Below are positions 55,865 to 64,000 of a DNA stretch of 64,000 nucleotides, in pieces. Position 1 is the first letter of the stretch, and the number at the start of each line of letters is the position of its first letter. The stretch lies in NCBI GenBank assembly GCA_902560725.1, contig CACEMR010000005.1, positions 3,287 through 67,286 of the forward strand. The letters run 5' to 3'. The notes beneath the pieces were generated by a model. The model had not been told where the DNA came from. It saw only the letters and a program-made list of their open reading frames with translations, and did not search any database. The translations under genes and the position numbers were made by a program. The DNA comes from an uncultured Alphaproteobacteria bacterium (lineage in GTDB: Bacteria; Pseudomonadota; Alphaproteobacteria; HIMB59; GCA-002718135).

Positions 55865-57097
55865 ATGACTCAATTAGATCTAAATAAACTTGATAAACTG
55901 GCCTATTTATCAATTAAAAAGGGCGTTAATATACAACCCGGTCAAGATTTACTTATTACAGCATCAATAGAATCTTTACCGCTATTAAGAAAATTAGTTG
56001 ATTATGCATATAAAGAAGGTGCTGGTGTTGTTACACCAATATTCACTGATCCTCATATAACAAAATCAAGATTTCAATATGCAACTGATCAATCTTTTGA
56101 TCGTACACAAACATGGTTGTATGAAGGTATAAAAAATGCTTTTAAAAATAATACTGCTAGGTTGGCCGTTGTTTCTGAAGATCCGCAACTCTTATCTAAT
56201 TTTGATTCTGATAAGGTTTCAAGAGCTAGTAAGGCAACGTCTTTAGCTTACAAGCCAGCTTTAGAATATATTTCAAATTTTGAAATTAACTGGAATATTA
56301 TATCTTATCCTGGAAAAGCGTGGGCAAAACTTGTGTTTCCTGATTTAAGTGATGAAGAAGCAGTTAAAAAATTGGGAGACGCTATTTTTCACGCTTCAAG
56401 AATAATCAATGATGATCCATTAAAAGAATGGGATGACCATAATAAAAAACTCAAAAGTAAAGCTAAATGGATGAATGAAATGAATTTCGAATCATTATTG
56501 TACAAAGGACCCGGAACCAATCTAGAAGTCGGTTTAGCTGTTGGGCACGAATGGGTTGGCGGAAGCACAAATACAAAAAAAGGAATTCCAACTTTTCCAA
56601 ATATGCCAACAGAAGAAATATTTACAACTCCTCACTGTAAAAAAGTTAATGGTACTGTTCGTTCAACTAAACCATTATCATATCAAGGATCATTAATAGA
56701 AAATATTGAAGTTGAATTTAAAAATGGAAAAATTATAAAAATGAATGCTTCAAATGGAAAAGATGTTTTCTCTAAAGTTTTAAAAACTGATGAAGGCGCT
56801 TCACAACTTGGTGAAATTGCACTTGTTCCACATTCTAGTCCAATTAGTCAAACCGGATTAGTCTATTACAACACCTTATATGATGAAAATAGTAGTTGCC
56901 ATTTAGCTATTGGTCAATGTTATTCAAAATGTTTCAAGGATAAAAGTTTAACAAAAGAACAAGTTATTGCAAATGGGGGAAATTCAAGTTTAATTCATAT
57001 AGATTGGATGATAGGTTCAGATAAAATAGATATTTCTGGCAAAGATCATAATGGAAATTTAATTCCTGTTTTCAAACAAGGTGAATGGTGCAATTAA
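55865..57097 (+). CDS. M29-family aminopeptidase (AmpS/PepS-like)
   Basis: 410 aa. N-terminal LAYLSIKKGVNIQPGQDLLITASIE..PLLRKLV.YAYKEGAG, plus NMPTEEIFTTP and LYDENSSCHLAIG motifs. Confidence 0.85.
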   Translation: MTQLDLNKLDKLAYLSIKKGVNIQPGQDLLITASIESLPLLRKLVDYAYKEGAGVVTPIFTDPHITKSRFQYATDQSFDRTQTWLYEGIKNAFKNNTARLAVVSEDPQLLSNFDSDKVSRASKATSLAYKPALEYISNFEINWNIISYPGKAWAKLVFPDLSDEEAVKKLGDAIFHASRIINDDPLKEWDDHNKKLKSKAKWMNEMNFESLLYKGPGTNLEVGLAVGHEWVGGSTNTKKGIPTFPNMPTEEIFTTPHCKKVNGTVRSTKPLSYQGSLIENIEVEFKNGKIIKMNASNGKDVFSKVLKTDEGASQLGEIALVPHSSPISQTGLVYYNTLYDENSSCHLAIGQCYSKCFKDKSLTKEQVIANGGNSSLIHIDWMIGSDKIDISGKDHNGNLIPVFKQGEWCN

Positions 57098-57160
57098 AAA
57101 AATCTGATAATTATTAAAATTTCTTATTTATTTTAATTTAATTTCAAATAAATTCATTTA

Positions 57161-57955
57161 ATGGATAAAATCTTAGAGCGATCTAATGGTTCTGCAATAA
57201 TAGAATTAGAAAATAACAATATAAAAAAGTTATTTCAAAGTGGTTGTTCTAAAGTTTTAAATCCTAATAATTATAATTCCATTAATGAATTAGTTTTAAT
57301 AAATACTGCTGGTGGAATTACTTGTAATGATAATATTGAAACTAATATTTTGATTAATAATTCACAATTGAATATTTGTACTCAAGCTGCTGAAAAAATA
57401 TATTCAGGAATCGGTGACCCAGCAAAAGTAAACATAAATATTACTTTAAAAAATTCTAATTTATTTTGGTTACCAAAAGAGTTGATTTTATTTAATAATT
57501 CAAAATTAGATAGAAAAATTAATATAAATCTCTCTAAGAATTCAAATCTAATTTTTTGTGAAACTTCAATTTTTGGAAGAAAGGCAATGTCTGAAAAAAT
57601 TGAGAATATTTTTTTTTCAGATAAATGGAAAGTATTTATTAATTCATCTTTAAAACATCTTGAAGCTATAAATATTAAAGGATCTTTTATTGATAATTAC
57701 AAGAACAAGTATACGTTTTCAAATCAATCATCTATATCAACAATTTTAATTTTTGGTAAAATAATTAACCAGCTTGAACCAGATTTACAAAAAATTATAA
57801 ATAATATTCAAAATCATTATTGCGAAATGACAAAATTTGATGATAAAATTATTATAAGAAGTTTAGCAGAAGATAATTATGATTTAAAAAAAACATTAAA
57901 TTATCTTATGAAAAATATAATTCATGATAAACTTCCAAAAAATTGGGATTTATAA
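57161..57955 (+). CDS. ureD: Urease accessory protein UreD
   Basis: 264 aa. NTAGGITCND and TQAAEKIY motifs. First gene of the ureDABCEFG order. Confidence 0.85.
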   Translation: MDKILERSNGSAIIELENNNIKKLFQSGCSKVLNPNNYNSINELVLINTAGGITCNDNIETNILINNSQLNICTQAAEKIYSGIGDPAKVNINITLKNSNLFWLPKELILFNNSKLDRKININLSKNSNLIFCETSIFGRKAMSEKIENIFFSDKWKVFINSSLKHLEAINIKGSFIDNYKNKYTFSNQSSISTILIFGKIINQLEPDLQKIINNIQNHYCEMTKFDDKIIIRSLAEDNYDLKKTLNYLMKNIIHDKLPKNWDL

Positions 57956-58258
57956 ATGAAGCTAACACCAAGAGAAAGAGACAAACTAATGGTCAGTATG
58001 GCAGCAAATGTTGCAAGAAAACGTCTTGAAAGAGGTGTTAAACTTAATTATCCTGAGGCAATAGCGTTGATTACCGATTTTGTAATTGAAGGTGCAAGAG
58101 ATGGGAAAATGGTTTCAGAATTAATGGAAACTGCTGCTCATGTAATAAAAAAAGAAGAATGTATGGATGGAATTTCAAATATGATTACAGAAGTTCAAGT
58201 TGAAGCGACTTTTCCTGATGGAACAAAATTAGTAACAGTACATAAACCGATTAGATAA
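57956..58258 (+). CDS. ureA: Urease gamma subunit
   Basis: 100 aa. [39 protein letters not shown]. Confidence 0.98.
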   Translation: MKLTPRERDKLMVSMAANVARKRLERGVKLNYPEAIALITDFVIEGARDGKMVSELMETAAHVIKKEECMDGISNMITEVQVEATFPDGTKLVTVHKPIR

Positions 58259-58566
58259 TGAAACCTGGTGAAATAATTACAAAAAAAAATAGCTCTATAC
58301 ATCTCAACGAAGATAGAAATTCAGTAACCATAAAAGTATCAAATACTGGAGACCGACCAATACAAGTTGGGAGTCATTATCATTTTGCTGAAACAAATGA
58401 ATTCTTAAAATTCGATAGAGAAAAATCTAAAGGTATGCGGTTGGATATACCTTCTGGCACAGCAATAAGATTTGAACCAGGGCAATCAAGAGACGTAGAA
58501 TTAATTCCTATAACTGGAAATAGAAAAATATTTGGTTTTAATAAAAAAGTAATGGGTAAATTATAA
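58258..58566 (+). CDS. ureB: Urease beta subunit
   Basis: 102 aa. PGEI......I.LN.......[21 protein letters not shown]. Confidence 0.98.
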   Translation: MKPGEIITKKNSSIHLNEDRNSVTIKVSNTGDRPIQVGSHYHFAETNEFLKFDREKSKGMRLDIPSGTAIRFEPGQSRDVELIPITGNRKIFGFNKKVMGKL

Positions 58567-60272
58567 TGAAGAAAATAAATAGAGATGCTTATGCAGATAT
58601 GTATGGTCCAACAACTGGAGATAAAATTAGACTTGCTGATACAGAGCTTTTTATTGAAGTAGAAAAAGATTTAACAACATATGGTGAGGAAGTTAAATTT
58701 GGAGGTGGTAAAGTTATTCGAGATGGCATGGGACAATCTCAAGTACCTCGTCAAGATGGAGCTGTTGATACAGTTATAACAAATGCTTTAATTGTAGATG
58801 TAAATGGAATTTATAAAGCTGACATTGGCCTTAAAGATGGTTTAATTAACGAAATTGGGAAAGCCGGTAATCCTGATACACAACCAAATGTAAATATTAT
58901 TATTGGACCTGGAACAGAAATCATAGCAGGTGAAGGAAAAATTATAACAGCAGGTGGTTTTGATAGTCATATACATTTTATTTGTCCTCAACAAATTGAT
59001 GATGCACTTCACTCAGGTATTACAACTATGTTAGGTGGAGGAACTGGACCTGCACATGGTACGTTAGCTACAACTGTTACACCAGGACCTTGGCATATGG
59101 AGAAAATGATTCAATCAGCTGATGCTTTTTCTATGAATTTAGCATTTGCAGGTAAAGGCAATAGCTCACTACCTCAAGCTCTGGAAGAACAAGTTATTGC
59201 TGGTGCAAGTTCATTAAAATTACATGAAGATTGGGGAACAACTCCTGCAGCAATTGATAATTGTTTAAATATTGCCGATAAATATGACATTCAAGTTATG
59301 ATACATACAGATACTTTAAATGAAAGTGGATTTGTAGAAAGCACAATTAAAGCAATTAATGGAAGAACAATACATGCTTTTCATACAGAAGGGGCTGGAG
59401 GTGGCCATGCTCCAGATATTATAAAAGTTTGCGGTGAGGAATATGTTATTCCATCTTCTACAAACCCTACAAGACCTTACACAATAAACACAGTCGAAGA
59501 ACACTTAGATATGTTAATGGTTTGTCATCATCTTGATAAATCAATACCTGAAGATGTTGCATTTGCAGAAAGTCGTATTCGAAAAGAAACAATTGCTGCT
59601 GAGGATATACTTCATGACATGGGTGCGTTTTCAATCATTGCATCTGATAGTCAAGCAATGGGTCGTGTAGGTGAAGTTATTATTAGAACATGGCAAACTG
59701 CACATAAAATGAAGGTACAACGTGGACAATTAAAAGAAGAGAAGGGTAATAACGATAATTTGCGAGTTAAACGATATATAGCAAAATATACAATTAATCC
59801 TGCGATAGCTCATGGTATATCAGATCATATTGGTAGTATTGAACAAAATAAACGTGCAGATATAGTTATCTGGGATACAGCGTTTTTTGGAGTTAAACCT
59901 GAAATGGTGCTACAAGGTGGAAGTATTTCTTGTGCACAAATGGGTGATCCCAATGCTTCTATTCCTACACCTCAACCAGTATATTCACGTCCAATGTTCT
60001 CTTCTTTTGGTAAATCTTTGGAGAAATCATCTGTTACCTTTGTTAGTCAAATATCTTTAGATAAAAATATTCATAAAAAATCTGGAATTAGCAAATCTTT
60101 GTTGCCTGTTAAAAATATTAGAAAAATATCTAAGATGGACATGATATTCAATGATTACTGTCCAAACATAGAAGTTAATCCAGAAACTTATGAAGTTGTT
60201 GCAGATGGAGAATTAATTACTTGTGAACCATCTAAAACATTACCATTAGCCCAACGTTATTTTATGTATTAA
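58566..60272 (+). CDS. ureC: Urease alpha subunit
   Basis: 568 aa. [14 protein letters not shown], carbamyl-lysine context [39 protein letters not shown] and MVCHHLD motifs. Confidence 0.98.
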   Translation: MKKINRDAYADMYGPTTGDKIRLADTELFIEVEKDLTTYGEEVKFGGGKVIRDGMGQSQVPRQDGAVDTVITNALIVDVNGIYKADIGLKDGLINEIGKAGNPDTQPNVNIIIGPGTEIIAGEGKIITAGGFDSHIHFICPQQIDDALHSGITTMLGGGTGPAHGTLATTVTPGPWHMEKMIQSADAFSMNLAFAGKGNSSLPQALEEQVIAGASSLKLHEDWGTTPAAIDNCLNIADKYDIQVMIHTDTLNESGFVESTIKAINGRTIHAFHTEGAGGGHAPDIIKVCGEEYVIPSSTNPTRPYTINTVEEHLDMLMVCHHLDKSIPEDVAFAESRIRKETIAAEDILHDMGAFSIIASDSQAMGRVGEVIIRTWQTAHKMKVQRGQLKEEKGNNDNLRVKRYIAKYTINPAIAHGISDHIGSIEQNKRADIVIWDTAFFGVKPEMVLQGGSISCAQMGDPNASIPTPQPVYSRPMFSSFGKSLEKSSVTFVSQISLDKNIHKKSGISKSLLPVKNIRKISKMDMIFNDYCPNIEVNPETYEVVADGELITCEPSKTLPLAQRYFMY

Positions 60273-60273
60273 T

Positions 60274-60720
60274 ATGGAAACTGCTTTTAAAATCACACAA
60301 CATAATGATACTAATAAAGAATTGTTAGATGAAATATCATTATCTTATGAAGAAAGATTTATTCGTCGAAAAAAACTAATTACAAATAATGGTACTGAAT
60401 TTTTAGTCAACCTTGAAGAAACAGTTAGTGTTGATGAGAATCATTTTTTTGAATTAGAAAACGGCAATTTAATTAGAGTTATATCTAAGGAAGAGAATTT
60501 AATTGAAATTTCAGGAGATAATTTAAAACAAATTATTTGGCATATTGGAAATAGGCATTTACCTTGTCAAATTGAAGATACTAGAATTCTCATTCAAGAT
60601 GATGCTGTAATTTTAGATATGATTTTAAAATTACACGGAAATGTCAAAAAGGTATTTGAAAAATTTAAACCAGAGGGTGGAGCATATGGAATAGGGCGTA
60701 CCCACAGTCATAAACATTAA
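60274..60720 (+). CDS. ureE: Urease accessory protein UreE (short His-containing tail)
   Basis: 148 aa. WHIGNRHLPCQI motif. C-terminus GRTHSHKH. Confidence 0.9.
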   Translation: METAFKITQHNDTNKELLDEISLSYEERFIRRKKLITNNGTEFLVNLEETVSVDENHFFELENGNLIRVISKEENLIEISGDNLKQIIWHIGNRHLPCQIEDTRILIQDDAVILDMILKLHGNVKKVFEKFKPEGGAYGIGRTHSHKH

Positions 60721-60721
60721 A

Positions 60722-61348
60722 ATGAAAGACCCACTTCAAATTTTACAAATTTGGTTTTCCTCCTCTTTTCCTGTTGGCTCATATGCTTATTCACATGGAA
60801 TTGAAGCATTGATAGATCATAAAAAAATTAGAGATAAAAAGGATGTGAAAGAATATTTAGAAGCCTTACTATTTTATGGTACTTTGAAAAATGATTATAT
60901 TTTTTTAAAATCTTTATATAAAGGCGATGAAATTAATGATCTAATTTTGGCTAGCGCATCATCTAAAGAACGACAAGAAGAAATGATTAATATAGGAAAT
61001 TCATTTCGAAAAATAATGAAAGATAGTTGGGAACTATCACTAGAAAACAATACAGCTTTTGTTTATTGCGTTGGTAAAGCCGCTCTTCATTTTAATATTG
61101 AATTTAATGATTTGATTAAATTTTATCTTCAATCCTTCATTTCTAATTTAATTAATGTATGTGTTAAACATATTCCTATTTCACAAAAAGATGGTCAGAC
61201 TTTAAATGTTTATTTTATTGATCAAATAAAAAAATTTTTAGATGAGTCAAAAAATCTTTCTCTTAAAGATATTGGTACAACCTTTTTTATTGGTGATATA
61301 TTTTCTATTAAGCATGAAAATTTAGAGTCAAGAATCTATTTAACATGA
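60722..61348 (+). CDS. ureF: Urease accessory protein UreF
   Basis: 208 aa. [24 protein letters not shown] (compare LLQL.DSA.P.G.YAHS.GLE). Confidence 0.9.
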   Translation: MKDPLQILQIWFSSSFPVGSYAYSHGIEALIDHKKIRDKKDVKEYLEALLFYGTLKNDYIFLKSLYKGDEINDLILASASSKERQEEMINIGNSFRKIMKDSWELSLENNTAFVYCVGKAALHFNIEFNDLIKFYLQSFISNLINVCVKHIPISQKDGQTLNVYFIDQIKKFLDESKNLSLKDIGTTFFIGDIFSIKHENLESRIYLT

Positions 61349-61956
61349 ACAATATTAATGGACCTTTAAAAGTAGGTATTGGTGGTGGAATAGGGACCGG
61401 TAAAACTAGTTTAACTGAAGCTTTATGTCGTCATTTATCAAAAAAAGTTTCAATGGCAGTAATATCAAATGATATTTATACAACGGAAGATGCTGAATAT
61501 TTAATGAAAGCGCAAGTTCTGCCTATCGAGAGAATTAAAGGTGTAGAAACTGGAGGATGTCCACACACAGCAATTCGTGAAGATTGTTCAATTAATTTAT
61601 TAGCAGTAGAAGAAATGAAAAAAAAATTTCCTGATTTAGAATTATTACTTATTGAGTCTGGCGGTGATAACTTAGCAGCTACTTTTAGCCCAGAGTTAGT
61701 TGATTTAACAATTTACATGATTGATGTTGCACAAGGTTCAGATATTCCAAGAAAAAAAGCACCTGCGATAAAAAAATCTGATTTATTAGTAATTAATAAG
61801 ATTGATCTTGCTCCATATGTTAATGTTGATTTAAATCAGATGAAAGAAGATGTTAATGAAGCTAGAAATGGATTGCCATTTATATTTGGTGAAATGAAAA
61901 ATAATAACGGTATTGAAAAAATTTCTGAATTCTTAATTTCCCAAGGTGGTTTATAA
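61345..61956 (+). CDS. ureG: Urease accessory GTPase UreG
   Basis: 203 aa. P-loop [31 protein letters not shown] and NKIDL motifs. Confidence 0.95.
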   Translation: MNNINGPLKVGIGGGIGTGKTSLTEALCRHLSKKVSMAVISNDIYTTEDAEYLMKAQVLPIERIKGVETGGCPHTAIREDCSINLLAVEEMKKKFPDLELLLIESGGDNLAATFSPELVDLTIYMIDVAQGSDIPRKKAPAIKKSDLLVINKIDLAPYVNVDLNQMKEDVNEARNGLPFIFGEMKNNNGIEKISEFLISQGGL

Positions 61957-62010
61957 TATTTTTTTTCTGTTCTAAACTTAGCAATTATATTAAATGACAA
62001 GAGATAAATA

Positions 62011-62064
62011 AATCACGTTTGTCGAGTTTAGCTAATTGCCAAACAATCGACAACATACGTGATT
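62011..62064. terminator. Candidate bidirectional intrinsic terminator / structured element between convergent ureG and bactofilin genes
   Basis: AATCACGT-TTGTCGA (62011-62025) pairs with TCGACAA-(CAT bulge)-ACGTGATT (62047-62064), giving 15 bp. The inner GTTT/AAAC can extend it. U-rich-ish tracts follow on both strands (ATTTTCATAT on +, TATTTATCTC on -). Confidence 0.45.
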
Positions 62065-62108
62065 ATTTTCATATAGGTATTAAATATTACAATTCAATGA
62101 ATATTAAA

Positions 62109-62570
62109 TTATTTTCCATCCTTTTTCATTGCATCTTGCATTGAAACGTTGTCTTCATCAATATTTTTAGTATCTTTTTTTATTGATTGAACCTTGTCAG
62201 ATAATTTTATATCACCACTTATTTTACCACCGAGTTTAATTTGTAAATTCTGATACTCGATGGTCCCTTTGACAACTCCTTCTTCTTGGATTGTCAATGT
62301 ACCAGATGCTTTAATATCACCATCAAACGAACCCCAAACATCAGCATTGTGAGTTTCAATATTTCCTTTACAGTCTCCAGTTGTACCAACAACTAGATTA
62401 TCTGTTTTCATAGTGATATCAGCATCTCCATCAATTTGAACTTCATCTGCTTTTTTTATTTCACCAGTTATAGTTACACCATGACCAATTACAACTTTTG
62501 CTGACCCTTTTGCAGGTCTAAAAACATCGGTTGTTGTTGATGTATTACTTTCGTTTTTTTTTTCAAACAT
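62109..62570 (-). CDS. Bactofilin-family cytoskeletal protein
   Basis: 153 aa. Repetitive beta-helix pattern (V.I.G.I....V.IDG...G......LVVG..G...G.I......V.G.F.G.I.....L.I...G.V.G.I). Strong GGAGG Shine-Dalgarno sequence 5 nt before the ATG. Confidence 0.8.
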   Translation of the reverse strand: MFEKKNESNTSTTTDVFRPAKGSAKVVIGHGVTITGEIKKADEVQIDGDADITMKTDNLVVGTTGDCKGNIETHNADVWGSFDGDIKASGTLTIQEEGVVKGTIEYQNLQIKLGGKISGDIKLSDKVQSIKKDTKNIDEDNVSMQDAMKKDGK

Positions 62571-62585
62571 TTATTCCTCCAATAT

Positions 62586-62640
62586 GTTTTGATAATGCAG
62601 GTTTCATGATACGACTGCAGAAGTTTTGATAAAGCAGGTT
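62586..62640 (-). repeat. Two copies of an 18-nt direct repeat (GTTTTGATAAWGCAGGTT on +) in the bactofilin 5' leader
   Basis: 62586-62603 and 62623-62640 differ at one position, with a 37-nt period. Each is linked to a GCAG/CTGC hairpin. Confidence 0.8.
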
Positions 62641-62679
62641 ACTGCAACTGCTATAATTATACTACAAATTCTAACATAA

Positions 62680-63981
62680 TCAGAAAAATTTATCTATAAA
62701 TTTTGAATTTTTATCTATGTTTGAATTTAATAGTAAGTCAAATAATTCATTATTTTTGTTACATTCTAAGAATTTTATTTTTAGATCATTAATACTCATC
62801 GGCCTTTTAAGACCACCTTTTACATCTCCGATAGTTTTTTCAAAAACGCTTCCATTTTTCATTATTACTTTAACTGAGCAAGGAAAATCTGGACTCATTT
62901 CTTTAAAGGAAGAGGGTACTTCATAAGCCAAAATTGTAGCAATATTAGTTAGTTTTTGTCTTTCATCAATTAGAAATATTTCATCCATAAAATCAGCAGG
63001 AACAATTTTTCCATTTTTCAGAGTAATCATTGCACAATAAGAAGGAGAGAACCTTGCTTCCGCCTCATTATTAGGAATATGGAATCTGGATACTTTGGTA
63101 AATGGTTCTGGAGTTTTTATAATAACTTTATCTACATCATTTATAGAATTAATTTTTGAATATAAAATTTCTGAGGCTTCAACAATTCTATGTGTACATG
63201 AACAAGAAGGCCAAGGTTTTTTTATTACAGGATAATCTAATGTAGCATAACCTAGTTTACGTAAAGATGTACTTTCATCCAATGTTTTACTAAAAGAAGT
63301 TCCATATAAAGTTTTAAAACCATCTAATTCATCATAAAAATTATCATTAGCTTCAATGTTCTCTTTTGCCAGATAGGCTGCTTGAATTCCAGCTTGTGCA
63401 GCTAAACCTAAATGAACAACTTTCATTTCATTACCAAACTGGATTTTCATACCTCCTGAAGAACTAGAGGCAATTGATAGAGCTTTTAACATTTGTTTAG
63501 AATTTAATTTTAATAATCTTCCAATTGTTGCTGCAACACCTATTGTGCCTAAAGTTGATGCAGCGTGCCAACCTTTTTCATAATGACTATAACCAAGTGA
63601 TAAACCAATACCAATTATAATTTCATAACCAACTGTCCAAGCTTCTAATATTTGTTTATATGAAAAGTTATTTTTTTTATTTAAAGCTAAAATTGATGAA
63701 ATTATTGGAGCGGAGCAATGAGACGATCCTGCAGCTTCATAATCATCGTAATCGAGTATTCCTGCCTGACATCCATATAATAGCGCATTACTGTAAATAG
63801 AATTTTCTTGATTAATATTTTTATTATATTTTTTTATTTTTTTTGTAATGTTATGTTTTTGTCCAGCAAGTATACAAGCAATTGTATCAATAAATGAATG
63901 TTTAGCATCTTCCATAGCATCAGAAGAAAAAATTAATTCATCATTAGCAGACCATTCTGAAAATCTTGTAAGATATTTCAT
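62680..63981 (-). CDS. MmgE/PrpD-family protein (2-methylcitrate dehydratase-like fold, substrate unknown)
   Basis: 433 aa. N-terminal DAMEDAKHSFIDTIACILAG, then GILDYDD, HCSAPIISS and GWHA.STLG.IG motifs. Confidence 0.85.
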   Translation of the reverse strand: MKYLTRFSEWSANDELIFSSDAMEDAKHSFIDTIACILAGQKHNITKKIKKYNKNINQENSIYSNALLYGCQAGILDYDDYEAAGSSHCSAPIISSILALNKKNNFSYKQILEAWTVGYEIIIGIGLSLGYSHYEKGWHAASTLGTIGVAATIGRLLKLNSKQMLKALSIASSSSGGMKIQFGNEMKVVHLGLAAQAGIQAAYLAKENIEANDNFYDELDGFKTLYGTSFSKTLDESTSLRKLGYATLDYPVIKKPWPSCSCTHRIVEASEILYSKINSINDVDKVIIKTPEPFTKVSRFHIPNNEAEARFSPSYCAMITLKNGKIVPADFMDEIFLIDERQKLTNIATILAYEVPSSFKEMSPDFPCSVKVIMKNGSVFEKTIGDVKGGLKRPMSINDLKIKFLECNKNNELFDLLLNSNIDKNSKFIDKFF

Positions 63982-64000
63982 TTAATCAATCCTTTTGATG

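Noticed and set aside
57111-57154. AT-rich imperfect palindromes upstream of ureD (TAAAAT-N9-ATTTTA; AATTTAATTTCAAATAAATT) considered as regulator sites.
   Set aside because: They are made only of A/T, imperfect, and indistinguishable from the background of this composition. No cognate regulator gene is present.
57161-61956. Urease operon as a mobile genomic island.
   Set aside because: There is no integrase, transposase, flanking tRNA or direct repeats. The somewhat higher G+C by eye is also seen in other highly conserved enzymes here, so composition alone is not evidence.
62011-62064. Guanidine-II (mini-ykkC)-type riboswitch, considered because of paired ACGT/ACGR motifs next to urease genes.
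   Set aside because: In mini-ykkC the ACGR sits in the hairpin loops, whereas here ACGT is inside the stem. The element also lies 3' of both flanking genes, not in a leader.
62586-62640. Direct repeats considered as a mini CRISPR array.
   Set aside because: There are only two copies of 18 nt with a 19-nt spacer, no cas genes, and the repeats sit in a 5' leader. This is not a CRISPR.

Overview
This is a 64-kb chromosomal window from a very AT-rich, extremely compact genome. By my tally of the ORF-track coordinates only about 2.5 kb (roughly 4 %) is non-coding, and many genes abut or overlap by 1-11 nt. Gene content and order are alphaproteobacterial: ribA-bcp; DUF815/yajC-secD-secF; sodB-uvrA/ssb-gyrA-coaD; recG/sdhE-mfd; mltB-rlpA-dac-tmk-holB-metG-tatD-MBL. 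The style resembles SAR11/Pelagibacterales-like streamlined bacterioplankton; this is an inference from composition and synteny, not a database hit. I call 74 protein-coding genes (one cut by the window edge, several small or low-confidence) and 2 tRNAs (Lys-UUU, Ser-UGA). I see no rRNA, CRISPR, IS/transposase, integrase, prophage, toxin-antitoxin or recognisable defence genes. I also see no recognisable transcription factor, sigma factor or two-component gene. Positions 1-34 kb are housekeeping (secretion, DNA repair/replication, cell wall, translation). Positions 34-64 kb have an accessory flavour: SelO, 2OG/PhyH oxygenases, an orphan TupA-like binding protein, a cluster of three DMT permeases with a zinc-ribbon protein, an HDAC-like amidohydrolase, a GH4 glycosidase, an envelope operon with an EF-hand protein, a photolyase-related protein, phosphatidylcholine synthase, a Rieske oxygenase, DDAH, an M29 aminopeptidase, a complete ureDABCEFG urease operon, bactofilin and a PrpD-family protein. 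No clear-cut novel multi-gene system is proven. The best candidates for follow-up are: (i) two related long-range stem elements with compensatory base changes in the two longest intergenic spacers (about 42.3 and 45.5 kb); (ii) a Rieske oxygenase / membrane protein / DDAH / aminopeptidase block directly upstream of the urease operon, a possible organic-nitrogen scavenging module; (iii) a tandem hairpin-plus-tail repeat in the bactofilin leader; (iv) a five-gene envelope operon ending in a YugP-type zinc peptidase.
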